Part shown: piece after piece, positions 53,194 to 63,910 of the stretch
Layout of the letters: each line of letters starts with the position of its first letter
Numbering within the stretch: the stretch's first letter is position 1
Source: Gemmatimonadaceae bacterium
GTDB taxonomy: Bacteria > Gemmatimonadota > Gemmatimonadetes > Gemmatimonadales > Gemmatimonadaceae
Assembly: GCA_052386875.1 (NCBI GenBank)
Contig: JBQTJS010000050.1
Coordinates: 1,032 to 65,031, forward strand
Direction: 5' to 3'
Length of the DNA: 64,000 nt
The notes under the pieces: model-generated
What the model saw: the letters and a program-made list of their open reading frames with translations, nothing else
Databases searched by the model: none
Told to the model about the DNA's origin: nothing
Translations under genes and position numbers: made by a program

Positions 53194-53633
53194 ACATAGC
53201 CGTTCTGAACGGCCCCAATCTCAATCTCCTCGGCTCGCGCGAACCGCAGATCTACGGCACGACAACGCTGCCCGAGCTGGAAGCGCGCTTGCGCGACGTC
53301 GCGCTGGAGCTTGGCGTTACCGTCGTGTTCACGCAGCAGAACGGCGAAGGGGAGTTGGTTAACGCCATTCAGCAGCTGAAGGGGAAGGCGGCCGGCGCGA
53401 TCATCAATGCAGGTGCGTACTCGCACACGAGTCTCGCGATACGCGACGCGTTCGGTGCAATTGGACTACCCTATGTCGAAGTGCACATCTCGAACGTCTA
53501 CGCGAGGGAGCCCGAAAGGCGGCGCAGCGTGCTGGCTGCCGGCGCCGTGGCAGTGATTGCGGGCCTCGGCGTGCTCGGTTACGAGCTGGCGTTGCGCGGA
53601 TTGGTGGATCGGCTGCGCGCCGCGCGTGCCTAA
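53190..53633 (+). CDS. aroQ: Type II 3-dehydroquinate dehydratase
   Basis: LNGPNLNLLGSREPQIYG and HISNVYAREPERR motifs. Confidence 0.95.
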   Translation: MNIAVLNGPNLNLLGSREPQIYGTTTLPELEARLRDVALELGVTVVFTQQNGEGELVNAIQQLKGKAAGAIINAGAYSHTSLAIRDAFGAIGLPYVEVHISNVYAREPERRRSVLAAGAVAVIAGLGVLGYELALRGLVDRLRAARA

Positions 53634-54714
53634 CGCTTTTGCTTCGCGCACTCGCGCGCTCCTCGAGCGCGTGCGTGAGGAGGATCTCGACGGCATGCTG
53701 GTAACGAGCATGCCTAACGTGCGCTATCTGACGGGATTCTCCGGGACCAGCGCCATGCTTCTGGTTACCGCGTCCGAGCACTGGTTCTTCACTGACTTCC
53801 GCTACGCCGGGCAGGCCGCCGAGGAAGTGGCCGGGCGGGCAAACATCGTCGTCGCGACGACGTCGTTATGGCGCGGGTTATGGGAGGCTCTCGAGGGGGC
53901 GGCCGGCGTACACGCCATCGGGTTCGAGTCCGCGCACCTTACGCACCGTGACTTCGAACGCCTGCTGAGCGACGGAGCTGCCTGGACCTGGCGGCCGCTA
54001 CCCAATGCAGTCGAGCTGTTACGCGAGCAGAAAGACCCGGCAGAAGTAGAGTTCATCCGCAAGGCGGCCGGTGTTGCGGCCGCCGCGCTGGCGCGCACCT
54101 TGGACGAGGTGCGTCCGGCGATGACCGAGCTGCAAGTGGCCGGAGTGCTGGAACACGCGCTGCGCGACTCAGGGAGCGAATCCTATCCGTTCCCCACCAT
54201 CGTCGCTTCGGGACCGCGCACAGCCTTGCCGCACGCGCACGCGGGGTCGCGTCCCATTGCGCCCGGTGACTTCCTTCTTTTGGATTTTGGGGCGATTGTG
54301 GGCGGTTACTGCAGCGACGTAACACGCACGGTTGTCGTGGGCCGCGCCGACGCCCGCCAACGCGAGGTGCACGGCGCGGTACTCGAGGCGAACGAAACGG
54401 CACGAGCGAATGTGCGTGCCGGCATGACCGGTAAAGACGCCGACGCCGTCGCGCGGTCGGTGCTGGAGAAATACGGTTTGGCCGATGCATTCGGACACGG
54501 GCTTGGGCACGGGATCGGTCTCGAAATTCACGAAGGGCCGCGCCTCTCGCGGATCGCGGAGCAGGTGCTCCCCGAGAATGCAGTGGTGACGATAGAACCC
54601 GGAGCCTACATCCCCGGGTGGGGGGGAGTGAGGATCGAGGACAACGTCTGGCTGAAGGACGGCGGCGCGGAGTTGCTCACCGATTTCCCGCGCGCGTTGA
54701 TCGAGCTGGAATAA
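53626..54714 (+). CDS. Xaa-Pro aminopeptidase (M24B family)
   Basis: Creatinase-like N-terminal domain plus the M24 metal ligand region HGLGHGIGLEIHE. The start is uncertain; I chose the GTG at 53626, which overlaps the end of aroQ. Confidence 0.8.
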   Translation: MPNAFASRTRALLERVREEDLDGMLVTSMPNVRYLTGFSGTSAMLLVTASEHWFFTDFRYAGQAAEEVAGRANIVVATTSLWRGLWEALEGAAGVHAIGFESAHLTHRDFERLLSDGAAWTWRPLPNAVELLREQKDPAEVEFIRKAAGVAAAALARTLDEVRPAMTELQVAGVLEHALRDSGSESYPFPTIVASGPRTALPHAHAGSRPIAPGDFLLLDFGAIVGGYCSDVTRTVVVGRADARQREVHGAVLEANETARANVRAGMTGKDADAVARSVLEKYGLADAFGHGLGHGIGLEIHEGPRLSRIAEQVLPENAVVTIEPGAYIPGWGGVRIEDNVWLKDGGAELLTDFPRALIELE

Positions 54715-54743
54715 CGCCACGGAGTGGCGGCCCTAACGAGCAG

Positions 54744-55280
54744 ATGATCGACCTACGCTACGTCAAGAAGCTTATCGAGATGCTGGACGGCTCCTCCGTT
54801 GACTCGGTGGAGATCTCCACCGACAAGGGGATGAAGATCCGCATCTCCAAGACTCCTCAGCAGCGTCCGGTTGCCGTGCAGGCGACGCTCCCCGTCCCCG
54901 CAGTCGTCGCCCAACCGGCTCCAGGTGCCGCTTCGCGAGCGACCCCTACGGAGGCGATGCCGGCCCTCGGGGGGGGGGAGGCTGGGAACGGCGGGGCTCA
55001 AAGCACCCCCTCCCGCGTCGAGGAGCCAAAGGCCAACCTGCTCGAGGTCAAATCTCCCATGGTGGGGACCTATTACGCCCAGCCTGAACCGGGGGCAAAG
55101 CCTTACGTCACGGCGGGTCAACGCGTCAGCAAGGGGCAGGTCCTCTGTATCATCGAGGCTATGAAAATCCTGAATGAGATCGAGTCCGAATTCACCGGCG
55201 TGATACGGGAGATCCTCGTCGAGGACGCCCAACCCGTGGAGTACGGACAGGTCCTCTTCCGCATCGATCCCAATGGCTAA
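54744..55280 (+). CDS. accB: Acetyl-CoA carboxylase biotin carboxyl carrier protein
   Basis: Start at MIDLRYVKKLIEML, a Pro/Ala/Gly linker, and the biotinyl-lysine motif EAMKI. Confidence 0.9.
   Translation: MIDLRYVKKLIEMLDGSSVDSVEISTDKGMKIRISKTPQQRPVAVQATLPVPAVVAQPAPGAASRATPTEAMPALGGGEAGNGGAQSTPSRVEEPKANLLEVKSPMVGTYYAQPEPGAKPYVTAGQRVSKGQVLCIIEAMKILNEIESEFTGVIREILVEDAQPVEYGQVLFRIDPNG
54969..54978 (+). repeat. G10 homopolymer inside the accB linker-coding region
   Basis: cggccctc-gggggggggg-ag, encoding LGGGEAG. Confidence 0.9.
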
Positions 55281-56469
55281 TCCAGCTGTGCCGGTGGACA
55301 CCGGCCCCCCTCCCGCCCCTTCGGCAGCCGCAGGGGCACATCGCGCCCCTTTCAACTTCAAGTCCATCCTGCAGCAGATGGTGCAGCTGAACGCGTCCGA
55401 CCTGCACCTCAAGGTTGGCCGGCCCCCGACACTGCGGATCAACGGCGATCTCTCCCCCCTGCCGTTACCGGCGCTAAGGCCGGAGGACGTGAGCACACTC
55501 GCCAAAGAGCTGATGACGCCGAAGCAGGTGAAGGAATTCACCGAGTTTCGCGAGTCTGACTTCGCCACCGGTGTCCCCGGGATCGGCCGCTTCCGCGTAA
55601 ACGCATATCAGCAGCGCGGGACGATCGCCTTCGCCGTCCGTACTATTCCGCACCAGGCGAAGTCGCTACGTGAGCTGAATCTGCCGCCCGTGGCAGAGGA
55701 CATCGCGCTGTTGCCGCGCGGGCTCGTGCTCGTGACCGGGATTACAGGATCGGGGAAGTCGACGTCTCTGGCCTCCATGATCCATCATATGAACGAGCGC
55801 CGTTTTGCGAATATCATCACCATCGAGGATCCGATCGAGTTCTTGCACCGTGACATGAAGTGCCACATCAACCAACGCGAGATCGGCACAGATACTGGGA
55901 GCTTTGGGCAGGCACTACGGCGTGTGCTGCGGCAGGACCCCGATGTTGTGCTTATCGGCGAAATCCGCGATCTCGACACGCTGGACACGGCGCTCAAGGC
56001 CGCGGACACGGGGCACCTCGTGTTCTCGACGTTGCACACGACCGATGCCACGCAGACGATCAACCGCGTCTTATCGTTCTATCCTCCGCACCAACAAGGC
56101 GAAGTACGCTACGCACTTTCGAGCGCGCTCGCGGCTGTAATTTCACAGCGACTCGTCCCGCGCAGCGACCGGCCCGGTCGTGTGCCGGCGTGCGAGGTGC
56201 TCATAAACACCGCGGCGGTGCGTGAGCAGATCCGCGACATGACCAAGACGCTGAACATCCCGGATCTCATCAAAGAGGGGACGGTGCAATACGGGATGCA
56301 AAGCTTCGATCAATCGCTCATGTCATGGTACTCGAAGGGCATCGTTTCGTACGAGAACGCGTTGTTCTATGCGACGAACCCCAACGAGTTTGCGCTGCGC
56401 ACGCAAGGTGTGTCCGGCTCGAGCGATACGACGTGGGATGGATTCCAACGTAGTGAGGACGGCGCCTAA
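55273..56469 (+). CDS. pilT: Type IV pilus retraction ATPase PilT
   Basis: [14 protein letters not shown], Walker [10 protein letters not shown], and the PilT signature [15 protein letters not shown]. There is an N-terminal extension of about 30 aa, so the start is uncertain. Confidence 0.85.
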   Translation: MANPAVPVDTGPPPAPSAAAGAHRAPFNFKSILQQMVQLNASDLHLKVGRPPTLRINGDLSPLPLPALRPEDVSTLAKELMTPKQVKEFTEFRESDFATGVPGIGRFRVNAYQQRGTIAFAVRTIPHQAKSLRELNLPPVAEDIALLPRGLVLVTGITGSGKSTSLASMIHHMNERRFANIITIEDPIEFLHRDMKCHINQREIGTDTGSFGQALRRVLRQDPDVVLIGEIRDLDTLDTALKAADTGHLVFSTLHTTDATQTINRVLSFYPPHQQGEVRYALSSALAAVISQRLVPRSDRPGRVPACEVLINTAAVREQIRDMTKTLNIPDLIKEGTVQYGMQSFDQSLMSWYSKGIVSYENALFYATNPNEFALRTQGVSGSSDTTWDGFQRSEDGA

Positions 56470-56492
56470 CGGCGACTCGCTGCGCGCACAGA

Positions 56493-57848
56493 ATGTTCCG
56501 CAAGGTCCTCGTAGCGAATCGCGGTGAGATCGCGCTTCGGGTAATCCGCGCCTGCCGCGAGTTGGGGCTGCAGACCGTCGCGGTGTATTCCGAGGCGGAT
56601 AGGGAATCACTGCACGTCCGTTTCGCCGACGACGACGTGTGCATCGGCGGCCCGGCGGCGCGCGATTCGTACTTACGGATTCCGCGCATCATTGCGGCCG
56701 CGGAGATCACCGGAGCGGACGCCATTCATCCCGGCTACGGCTTCCTCGCCGAGAACGCGGAATTCGCCGAAACGTGCGCTGCCTCGAATATCACGTTCAT
56801 CGGCCCCACGGCAGCTCAGATCCGGGTCATGGGAGACAAGGCGGCGGCACGCAAGACGATGGGCGACGTAGGCGTGCCGGTAGTGCCGGGGACGCCGGGA
56901 CCTGTGGACGACCCAGACACGGCGCTGACAAGCGCGGAGGAGATCGGCTTCCCGGTGATCATCAAAGCCGCAGCCGGAGGGGGTGGTAAAGGGATGCGCG
57001 TCGCGCAGAACGGCGAGGAGTTTGCCCGCGCGTTTCAGCTGGCGCGATCCGAAGCTCTATCTGCTTTCGGCAACGGGGACGTCTACCTAGAGAGGTTTCT
57101 GCGACGTCCGCGCCACATCGAGTTCCAGATCATGGGAGACCAGCATGGCAATGTGATCCACCTCGGTGAGCGCGACTGTTCGATTCAGCGAAGGCATCAG
57201 AAGCTAATCGAGGAGGCCCCCAGTCCTGCCGTAACTGTCAAGCTCCGCGAGCAGATGGGCGAGGCGGCAATCCGCGGCGCCAAGGCGATCGAGTATGTCG
57301 GTGCCGGGACGATCGAGATGCTGCTGGATGAAGACGGCTCCTACTACTTCATGGAGATGAACACGCGAATCCAGGTCGAGCATCCTGTGACGGAGATGCT
57401 TACCGGCGTGGACCTCGTGAAGGAGCAGATCCGCGTGGCACAGGGGGAGAAGCTCTCGGTGGACAAGCTCCCGCAGCTGCGCGGACACGTCATCGAGTGC
57501 CGCATCAATGCCGAAGATCCTGCGCGCGGGTTTCAGCCGTCGCCCGGCCGCATCGAGACGTTTCATCCGCCCGGCGGGCCGGGCGTTAGGCTCGACACTC
57601 ACGTGTACGCCGGCTACACGGTGCCGCCGTATTACGATTCCCTGTTGGCGAAGCTGATCTGCCAGGGTCGCACGCGAGACGAAGCTATCCGGCGCATGCA
57701 GATGTCGCTGGAGAGCTTTATCATCGAAGGCGTCATGACGACCGCAGGATTCCTTGCGCGTGTGATGCAGCATCCCAAGTTCATTGCGGGAGACGTGGAC
57801 ACGAGGTTTCTCGAGCGGGAGCCGGGTCTGTTCAAAGAGCAGGCGTAG
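56493..57848 (+). CDS. accC: Acetyl-CoA carboxylase biotin carboxylase subunit
   Basis: Starts [23 protein letters not shown]-grasp domain with [15 protein letters not shown]. Confidence 0.95.
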   Translation: MFRKVLVANRGEIALRVIRACRELGLQTVAVYSEADRESLHVRFADDDVCIGGPAARDSYLRIPRIIAAAEITGADAIHPGYGFLAENAEFAETCAASNITFIGPTAAQIRVMGDKAAARKTMGDVGVPVVPGTPGPVDDPDTALTSAEEIGFPVIIKAAAGGGGKGMRVAQNGEEFARAFQLARSEALSAFGNGDVYLERFLRRPRHIEFQIMGDQHGNVIHLGERDCSIQRRHQKLIEEAPSPAVTVKLREQMGEAAIRGAKAIEYVGAGTIEMLLDEDGSYYFMEMNTRIQVEHPVTEMLTGVDLVKEQIRVAQGEKLSVDKLPQLRGHVIECRINAEDPARGFQPSPGRIETFHPPGGPGVRLDTHVYAGYTVPPYYDSLLAKLICQGRTRDEAIRRMQMSLESFIIEGVMTTAGFLARVMQHPKFIAGDVDTRFLEREPGLFKEQA

Positions 57849-57849
57849 C

Positions 57850-58596
57850 GTGCGATTGGATGTCTACTTCGGCGGCGCAGAGCTAGCGCCCGCCGAGACG
57901 CAGGGCCGCGTCGTGGTCGTGCTGGACGTACTGCGCGCGTCGACCACGATCACAGTGGCTCTCGCCAATGGCGCGCGCGCCGTGGTCCCCTGCGACTCTG
58001 CTGAAGAGGCGATTACACTGGCGCGGTCGTTCGAGCGGGGCGACGCGAAGCTCGCCGGCGAACGGCGCATGTTGCCGATCCCCGGCTTCGATCTTGGCAA
58101 CTCCCCGGGGGAGTTCTCGGCAGATGCTGTCGAAGGGAAATCGATCATCCTGTCAACGTCCAACGGGACGCGCGCGCTGATGAGCATTCAAGGGGCGCGT
58201 GATGTCTTCATCGGCTCGTATGTGAACTACACGACTGTGAGATCGGCGTTACGGGCGGCAGCGCGCGCGGCGACAGACATCGCGATAGTGTGTGCGGGTC
58301 GCGATCGCAAGTTCTCGCTGGAGGATGCGGCGTGTGCGGGGCGTTTCGTGCGCGGAGTCAGGCAGCGCCTAACGGCTATTGAGCTGAACGACGCGGCCCG
58401 CGTCGCTGCCCTGCTGGACCGGCGTTACGGTGCGGATGTCCCCCGGCTGCTGCGCGATTCCGAGCACGGCCGCGCCCTGGCCGATGCCGGCTTCGCGCGC
58501 GACCTGGAGGTCTGCGCCGCAGTGGACAGCGTCCCCATTCTCCCCGTGTACGCGGACCGCCAGATTACGAAGGTGGGTCCCGAGCGGGAGCGTTAG
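57850..58596 (+). CDS. comB: 2-phosphosulfolactate phosphatase family protein
   Basis: GTG start. The VVVLDVLRASTTI motif and overall ComB-family similarity. Confidence 0.75.
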   Translation: MRLDVYFGGAELAPAETQGRVVVVLDVLRASTTITVALANGARAVVPCDSAEEAITLARSFERGDAKLAGERRMLPIPGFDLGNSPGEFSADAVEGKSIILSTSNGTRALMSIQGARDVFIGSYVNYTTVRSALRAAARAATDIAIVCAGRDRKFSLEDAACAGRFVRGVRQRLTAIELNDAARVAALLDRRYGADVPRLLRDSEHGRALADAGFARDLEVCAAVDSVPILPVYADRQITKVGPERER

Positions 58597-58598
58597 GC

Positions 58599-60884
58599 GT
58601 GCGCCAGGCGCTGCGGAGAGAGCTGACCGGCATCGCGTGGTTGCTCGTCGCCATCTTCATTGGCGGATCGCTGGCATTCCAGTCGCTCCCTGTCGCCGGG
58701 AGTTGCCGCAGCGCCGGCGGGCTATTCGGCCCGGTTGGCGCCTGCCTCAAGGCGGGCTTGGTCGCCCTCCTCGGGCTGCCGGGGGCGGCGATCTTCGCGC
58801 TGGTGCCGGCGCTGTATGGTCTGCACCTGCTGGGTCGCTTGCGGGACACCGCCGAGAAGTCGTGGATGATCTTCGCAGCCGGCTGCGCGATCCTTACGCC
58901 GGTTATCATCGCGCTGGCGCGCGGCGCACTGCGTAGCGACGATCCTGTGGGCGGACTGTGGGGGAATTTCGCGGCTTTTTACCTAGCCAGGGCGTTAGGC
59001 ACGGCCGGGGCGTGGATCGTCGTTCTCCTGGGAGTGTCGGCGCTAATGGCAGCGACGCTGGCCTGGAATCCGGTCCGCGCCGTGATCGGTCCCGGCCGCG
59101 CTCGCGCGACGCCTCCAGCGGGCGAACGCGCCACTCTCGCTGAATCGCTTGAAGCGAAGCCCGAAGAGATGCCGGCGCTGGGCGCCACAGGGACAGTAGT
59201 TGGCGCACTGTCAGCGAATGGCGCGGCGGCGCGCGTGGATCGTAAGCCGACGAAGAGTTCAGTCCGTCCCGGGGCCGGGCTCGAAGCTGAAAAGGCGAGC
59301 GTAGCTGCCTCGGCGGCGTCACTGAGCGAAGCCGAACTACGCGACGACGCGTTGCCGCCGCCGGAACTTCTGACTCCGCAACCTGCCAAGCATGCGGATA
59401 TAGGCAAGGCGCAGTTGGATGCGATGGGCGACAAGCTGATGGATGCTCTGCGCACATTCCGTGTCGATGGAGAGCTTGTGGGGCGCACTACCGGGCCTGT
59501 GGTGACGCAGTACGAGATCGAGCCGGCAGCGGGGGTCAAGGTCCGGCAGTTCGCGAATCTCGCGAACGACCTGGCGCTGGCCATGCGAGCGCAGAGCATA
59601 CGTGTTGTCGCGCCTATCCCGGGACGCGGGGCCGTCGGAGTAGAGGTGCCCAATCCGCAGGCGGAGATAGTTGCGTTTAGAGAGGTCCTGGAGTCGCGCG
59701 AGTTTCAGGCCCTGCGCGGATCGCTCCCCATCGCGTTAGGCAAGGATCTCGAGGGGCGGTCCGTCGTGGCCGATCTGGCGAAGATGCCGCATCTGCTCAT
59801 AGCGGGAGCGACGGGCTCGGGGAAGTCTGTCTGCATCAATACAGTCGTGACGAGTCTCATCTATCGCCACACGCCGAAGACGCTGCGCCTGCTCATGATC
59901 GACCCCAAAATGGTCGAGCTGACCGTGTACAACGTGTTGCCGCACCTGCGGCACAAGGTCGTGACGGACTATCGCGATTCCGCCTCCGTGCTCAAGTGGG
60001 CCGTACTGGAGATGAACGAGCGGTACGAGTTATTCGCTGCGAACGGCGCGCGCAACATTCAGGACTTCAACAAGCGGGTCAACGATGGCGCAGCGTTGCT
60101 CACACCGAAGCGCGGCGACGTTGCCTTCGAGGATCGCATGTATCGCGGCGGTGTGCTGCCGTACATTGTCGTGATCATCGACGAGCTGGCCGACTTGATG
60201 ATGACAGTGCAGGGCGAGGTGGAGCATCCGCTGGCGATGCTCGCCCAGAAAGCCCGAGCGATCGGGGTACATCTGATCTTGGCCACGCAGCGTCCGAGCG
60301 TGAACGTGATCACGGGTCTCATCAAGGCCAACTTCCCGAGCCGCATCGCATTTCGGGTGGCGTCGCAGGTGGATAGCCGGACGATCATCGACGGGATAGG
60401 CGCCGAGGCGTTGTTAGGCAACGGTGACATGCTGTTCATTCCGCCGGGGAAGTCCGAGCCGCAGCGGATCCAGGGAGCGTTCATCTCGAGCGACGAAACC
60501 GAGCGCCTAACGAACTGGTATTCCGCGCGCCGCGAGGCCCGCCGCACGCGCCTCGGCGCGGCCGAGCACGCAGCGGAGTCGGATATCCTGGAAAGCGTGC
60601 GCGCGCACGAAGCCGCCCTCGCGGCCGCCGATGATGAGCCGCAGGAAGCTGACGCCGCCGAACGTGACTCTCTCTTCCGCGAAGCTGCGGAAGTTGTGAT
60701 CCAGCATCAACAAGGGTCGACATCCCTGCTGCAGCGCCGACTCGGCGTGGGTTACGGCCGGGCCGCGCGCATCATGGACCAGCTCGAGGCGGCGGGAGTC
60801 ATTGGACCGCAACGGGGAGCCAAGGCCCGCGACATCCTGGTCGGGCTCGAGGAGCTGGATCGGCTGTGCGGCCCGCGAGCCTAA
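58599..60884 (+). CDS. ftsK: DNA translocase FtsK/SpoIIIE
   Basis: N-terminal TM helices, a linker, the motor domain (IAGATGSGKSV, VVIIDELADLMM) and a C-terminal gamma winged helix (QRRLGVGYGRAARIMDQLE). Confidence 0.95.
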   Translation: MRQALRRELTGIAWLLVAIFIGGSLAFQSLPVAGSCRSAGGLFGPVGACLKAGLVALLGLPGAAIFALVPALYGLHLLGRLRDTAEKSWMIFAAGCAILTPVIIALARGALRSDDPVGGLWGNFAAFYLARALGTAGAWIVVLLGVSALMAATLAWNPVRAVIGPGRARATPPAGERATLAESLEAKPEEMPALGATGTVVGALSANGAAARVDRKPTKSSVRPGAGLEAEKASVAASAASLSEAELRDDALPPPELLTPQPAKHADIGKAQLDAMGDKLMDALRTFRVDGELVGRTTGPVVTQYEIEPAAGVKVRQFANLANDLALAMRAQSIRVVAPIPGRGAVGVEVPNPQAEIVAFREVLESREFQALRGSLPIALGKDLEGRSVVADLAKMPHLLIAGATGSGKSVCINTVVTSLIYRHTPKTLRLLMIDPKMVELTVYNVLPHLRHKVVTDYRDSASVLKWAVLEMNERYELFAANGARNIQDFNKRVNDGAALLTPKRGDVAFEDRMYRGGVLPYIVVIIDELADLMMTVQGEVEHPLAMLAQKARAIGVHLILATQRPSVNVITGLIKANFPSRIAFRVASQVDSRTIIDGIGAEALLGNGDMLFIPPGKSEPQRIQGAFISSDETERLTNWYSARREARRTRLGAAEHAAESDILESVRAHEAALAAADDEPQEADAAERDSLFREAAEVVIQHQQGSTSLLQRRLGVGYGRAARIMDQLEAAGVIGPQRGAKARDILVGLEELDRLCGPRA

Positions 60885-60905
60885 CGGCCGTAACCGGCGT
60901 TAGGC
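60879..60905. terminator. Hairpin formed by an inverted pair of the dispersed octamer, between the convergent ftsK and glbN genes
   Basis: GCCTAACG-g-CCG-taac-CGG-CGTTAGGC: an 8-bp stem, a 1-nt bulge, a 3-bp stem and a 4-nt loop. The ftsK stop codon lies inside the left arm. Confidence 0.6.
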
Positions 60906-60936
60906 TCCGGAGGTTCGCCTCACTGACGCCCGTGAG

Positions 60937-61431
60937 CTACATCTTGGTCACGATGTCGGTCCGCATCGGCCCGAGCAACCCTAACAACTGATCCTGGTCC
61001 GCCTTGGCGACGTTGAACGCGTTGAGCGTCGCGACGAGGTCTTCGACGAGGGCGTCGAAATGCGCATCCGTGATATTCATACCGGCATGCGCGGACTTCA
61101 TGTCCTTCCCCGTGTACGTGCACGGTCCGCCTGTGGCCTGGCAGATCTGATCGACGAGCTTGTTCTTGAAGTCGCCCATGCGCGCGGGGTCGGCCGCTGC
61201 GGCGCCGAAGAAGCTGTTGATCCGCGAATCGGCTGCCACACGAGCTACAAACGAATCCACCACCTGCACGATGGCAGCGCGCCCGCCGAGCCGATCGTAC
61301 AGTGTGTTCGCCGCCGGCGCCGCGGCCGGCGTGTCGGCCGATGCTTCGTCCTTGGCAGTTCCCGTGCACGCAACGCCGAGCGGCGCAGCAGCACAAAGCA
61401 GGAGACGTCGAATACTCGTTAGGTTGCGCAT
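60937..61431 (-). CDS. glbN: Group I truncated haemoglobin (trHbN) with an N-terminal signal/lipoprotein-like peptide
   Basis: LYDRLGG...VVDSFVARVAADSRINSFF and ..MKSAHAGMNITDAHFDALV match the 2-on-2 globin family. The N-terminus is MRNLTSIRRLLLCAAAPLGVACTG. Confidence 0.8.
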   Translation of the reverse strand: MRNLTSIRRLLLCAAAPLGVACTGTAKDEASADTPAAAPAANTLYDRLGGRAAIVQVVDSFVARVAADSRINSFFGAAAADPARMGDFKNKLVDQICQATGGPCTYTGKDMKSAHAGMNITDAHFDALVEDLVATLNAFNVAKADQDQLLGLLGPMRTDIVTKM

Positions 61432-61562
61432 CGCAGTGCTCCGAGGTGCGGGGTATGTGTCCAGCCGCTGCCAAACTACAGCCGGACGGCAGGCAATATC
61501 GAGACCAAACCCGCAACGGAAGGATCACGCAGATAGCCCCGCTCGCCCCTATCGTCGCCCCT

Positions 61563-61937
61563 GTGTCACGAGAACGCTTACGCTTCGGTGCGCTTGGCGA
61601 GCGCGTAGCCGAGCGCTGGCTCCGCCACACCGGCTGGCGCGTCCTGCAGCGGCGTTATCGCGCGGGAAGGCGCGACATCGACCTGATTGCGGAGCGTGAC
61701 GGGCTCGTGGCGTTCGTCGAGGTCAAAGCTCGTCACGGAGCACACTTCGGCGATCCTGTCGAGGCAGTGAACTGGCGGAAACAGCGCGAGTTGCGACGCT
61801 CGGCTACGGTCTGGATAGGACGTCATGGACGGCCGGGAGAGGACTACCGTTTCGACGTCATCGGCGTGTTGCTGGCGGACGGTCGCGCCCGGGTAAGGCA
61901 CGTCGCCAACGCTTTCTCTATCCCCGGTCAGTCCTAG
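61563..61937 (+). CDS. yraN: YraN-family (UPF0102) endonuclease-like protein
   Basis: GALGERVAERWLRHTGWRVLQRRYR..GRRDIDLIAERDGLVAFVEVKAR. I chose the GTG start at 61563; the upstream part of ORF 61302.. overlaps glbN. Confidence 0.75.
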   Translation: MSRERLRFGALGERVAERWLRHTGWRVLQRRYRAGRRDIDLIAERDGLVAFVEVKARHGAHFGDPVEAVNWRKQRELRRSATVWIGRHGRPGEDYRFDVIGVLLADGRARVRHVANAFSIPGQS

Positions 61938-62037
61938 TGATTGATTTCGGCGTTTGTTCGGGATATCGTACCGCTCATTGCACGCCCGTAGATTTGGGCC
62001 GTGCCCGGAGCACACACCCTTAGCGCATAGAGGATCG

Positions 62038-63084
<1,047 letters not shown>

Positions 63085-63200
63085 CGGTCGCGAATTCTCG
63101 ACCGGCGTGTCGTTTGGAGCCGGAGGGTTGTTCTCTGAGGTAGGTTGGGTCCCGGAAAGCCCACCTTGCTCAGGGGGCCTCACTCCGGCTTTTCGCTGCC

Positions 63201-63878
63201 ATGCCTGACGACACAGCGCACACAGTAAGTTCCATAGCGGAACATCCAAAACGTCGCGGCAGGTTTGTAGTCAGCGTCGGCGACGGACCCGTTGCCACGG
63301 TAACTGCCGAGTGCATCGCCGAGCTGAAGCTTCGCGTGGGCAGTACACTGGCGGAGGGCGTGCTGGATGCCTTACGAGTGCACGACCGGCGGACAGCGGT
63401 TTTGGATCGCGCGTTACGGCTGCTGGCGCTGCGGGGGCGAAGCACGTCCGAGCTTACCCGCGCATTGCAGCGGCGGCGTCCGGATGCTCCTCTTCCAGAA
63501 GACGTGCAGTGGGCGATCCGCACACTCACGGAGCGCGGCTACGTCGACGACGCCCGCTTCGCCGAGCAGTTCGTTCATGATCGTGCAGCGACACGTGGAT
63601 GGGCGAAGCAGAGGCTGCGGCAAGAGCTGCGGCGACGCGGCGTATCGGGAGCGCATGCCGAACGGGCCTTGTCGCAAGGTACTGACGATCCGCCAATCGA
63701 CGACGGACGCGCCGCCCTTTCCGTCGTGCGGAAATGGCGGCGTACGCATCCGCCGCGAGGTGACCCTGAGCGCGACCGTCAGCGGCTTTACGCGTTTCTA
63801 GCGCGGCGAGGGTTCTCGCCCAGCGTGATCCGCGTCGCAATGCGCGCAACGACGGAGGGTGATAGCGAGGCACCATAG
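63201..63878 (+). CDS. recX: RecA regulator RecX
   Basis: It lies downstream of recA. Three-repeat helical RecX pattern (..LRGRSTSELTRALQRR.., ..YVDDARFAEQFV.., ..FLARRGFS..). Confidence 0.8.
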   Translation: MPDDTAHTVSSIAEHPKRRGRFVVSVGDGPVATVTAECIAELKLRVGSTLAEGVLDALRVHDRRTAVLDRALRLLALRGRSTSELTRALQRRRPDAPLPEDVQWAIRTLTERGYVDDARFAEQFVHDRAATRGWAKQRLRQELRRRGVSGAHAERALSQGTDDPPIDDGRAALSVVRKWRRTHPPRGDPERDRQRLYAFLARRGFSPSVIRVAMRATTEGDSEAP

Positions 63879-63910
63879 CCGCCGGGAGGGGAGCCCTATA
63901 TTTCCCTGCC

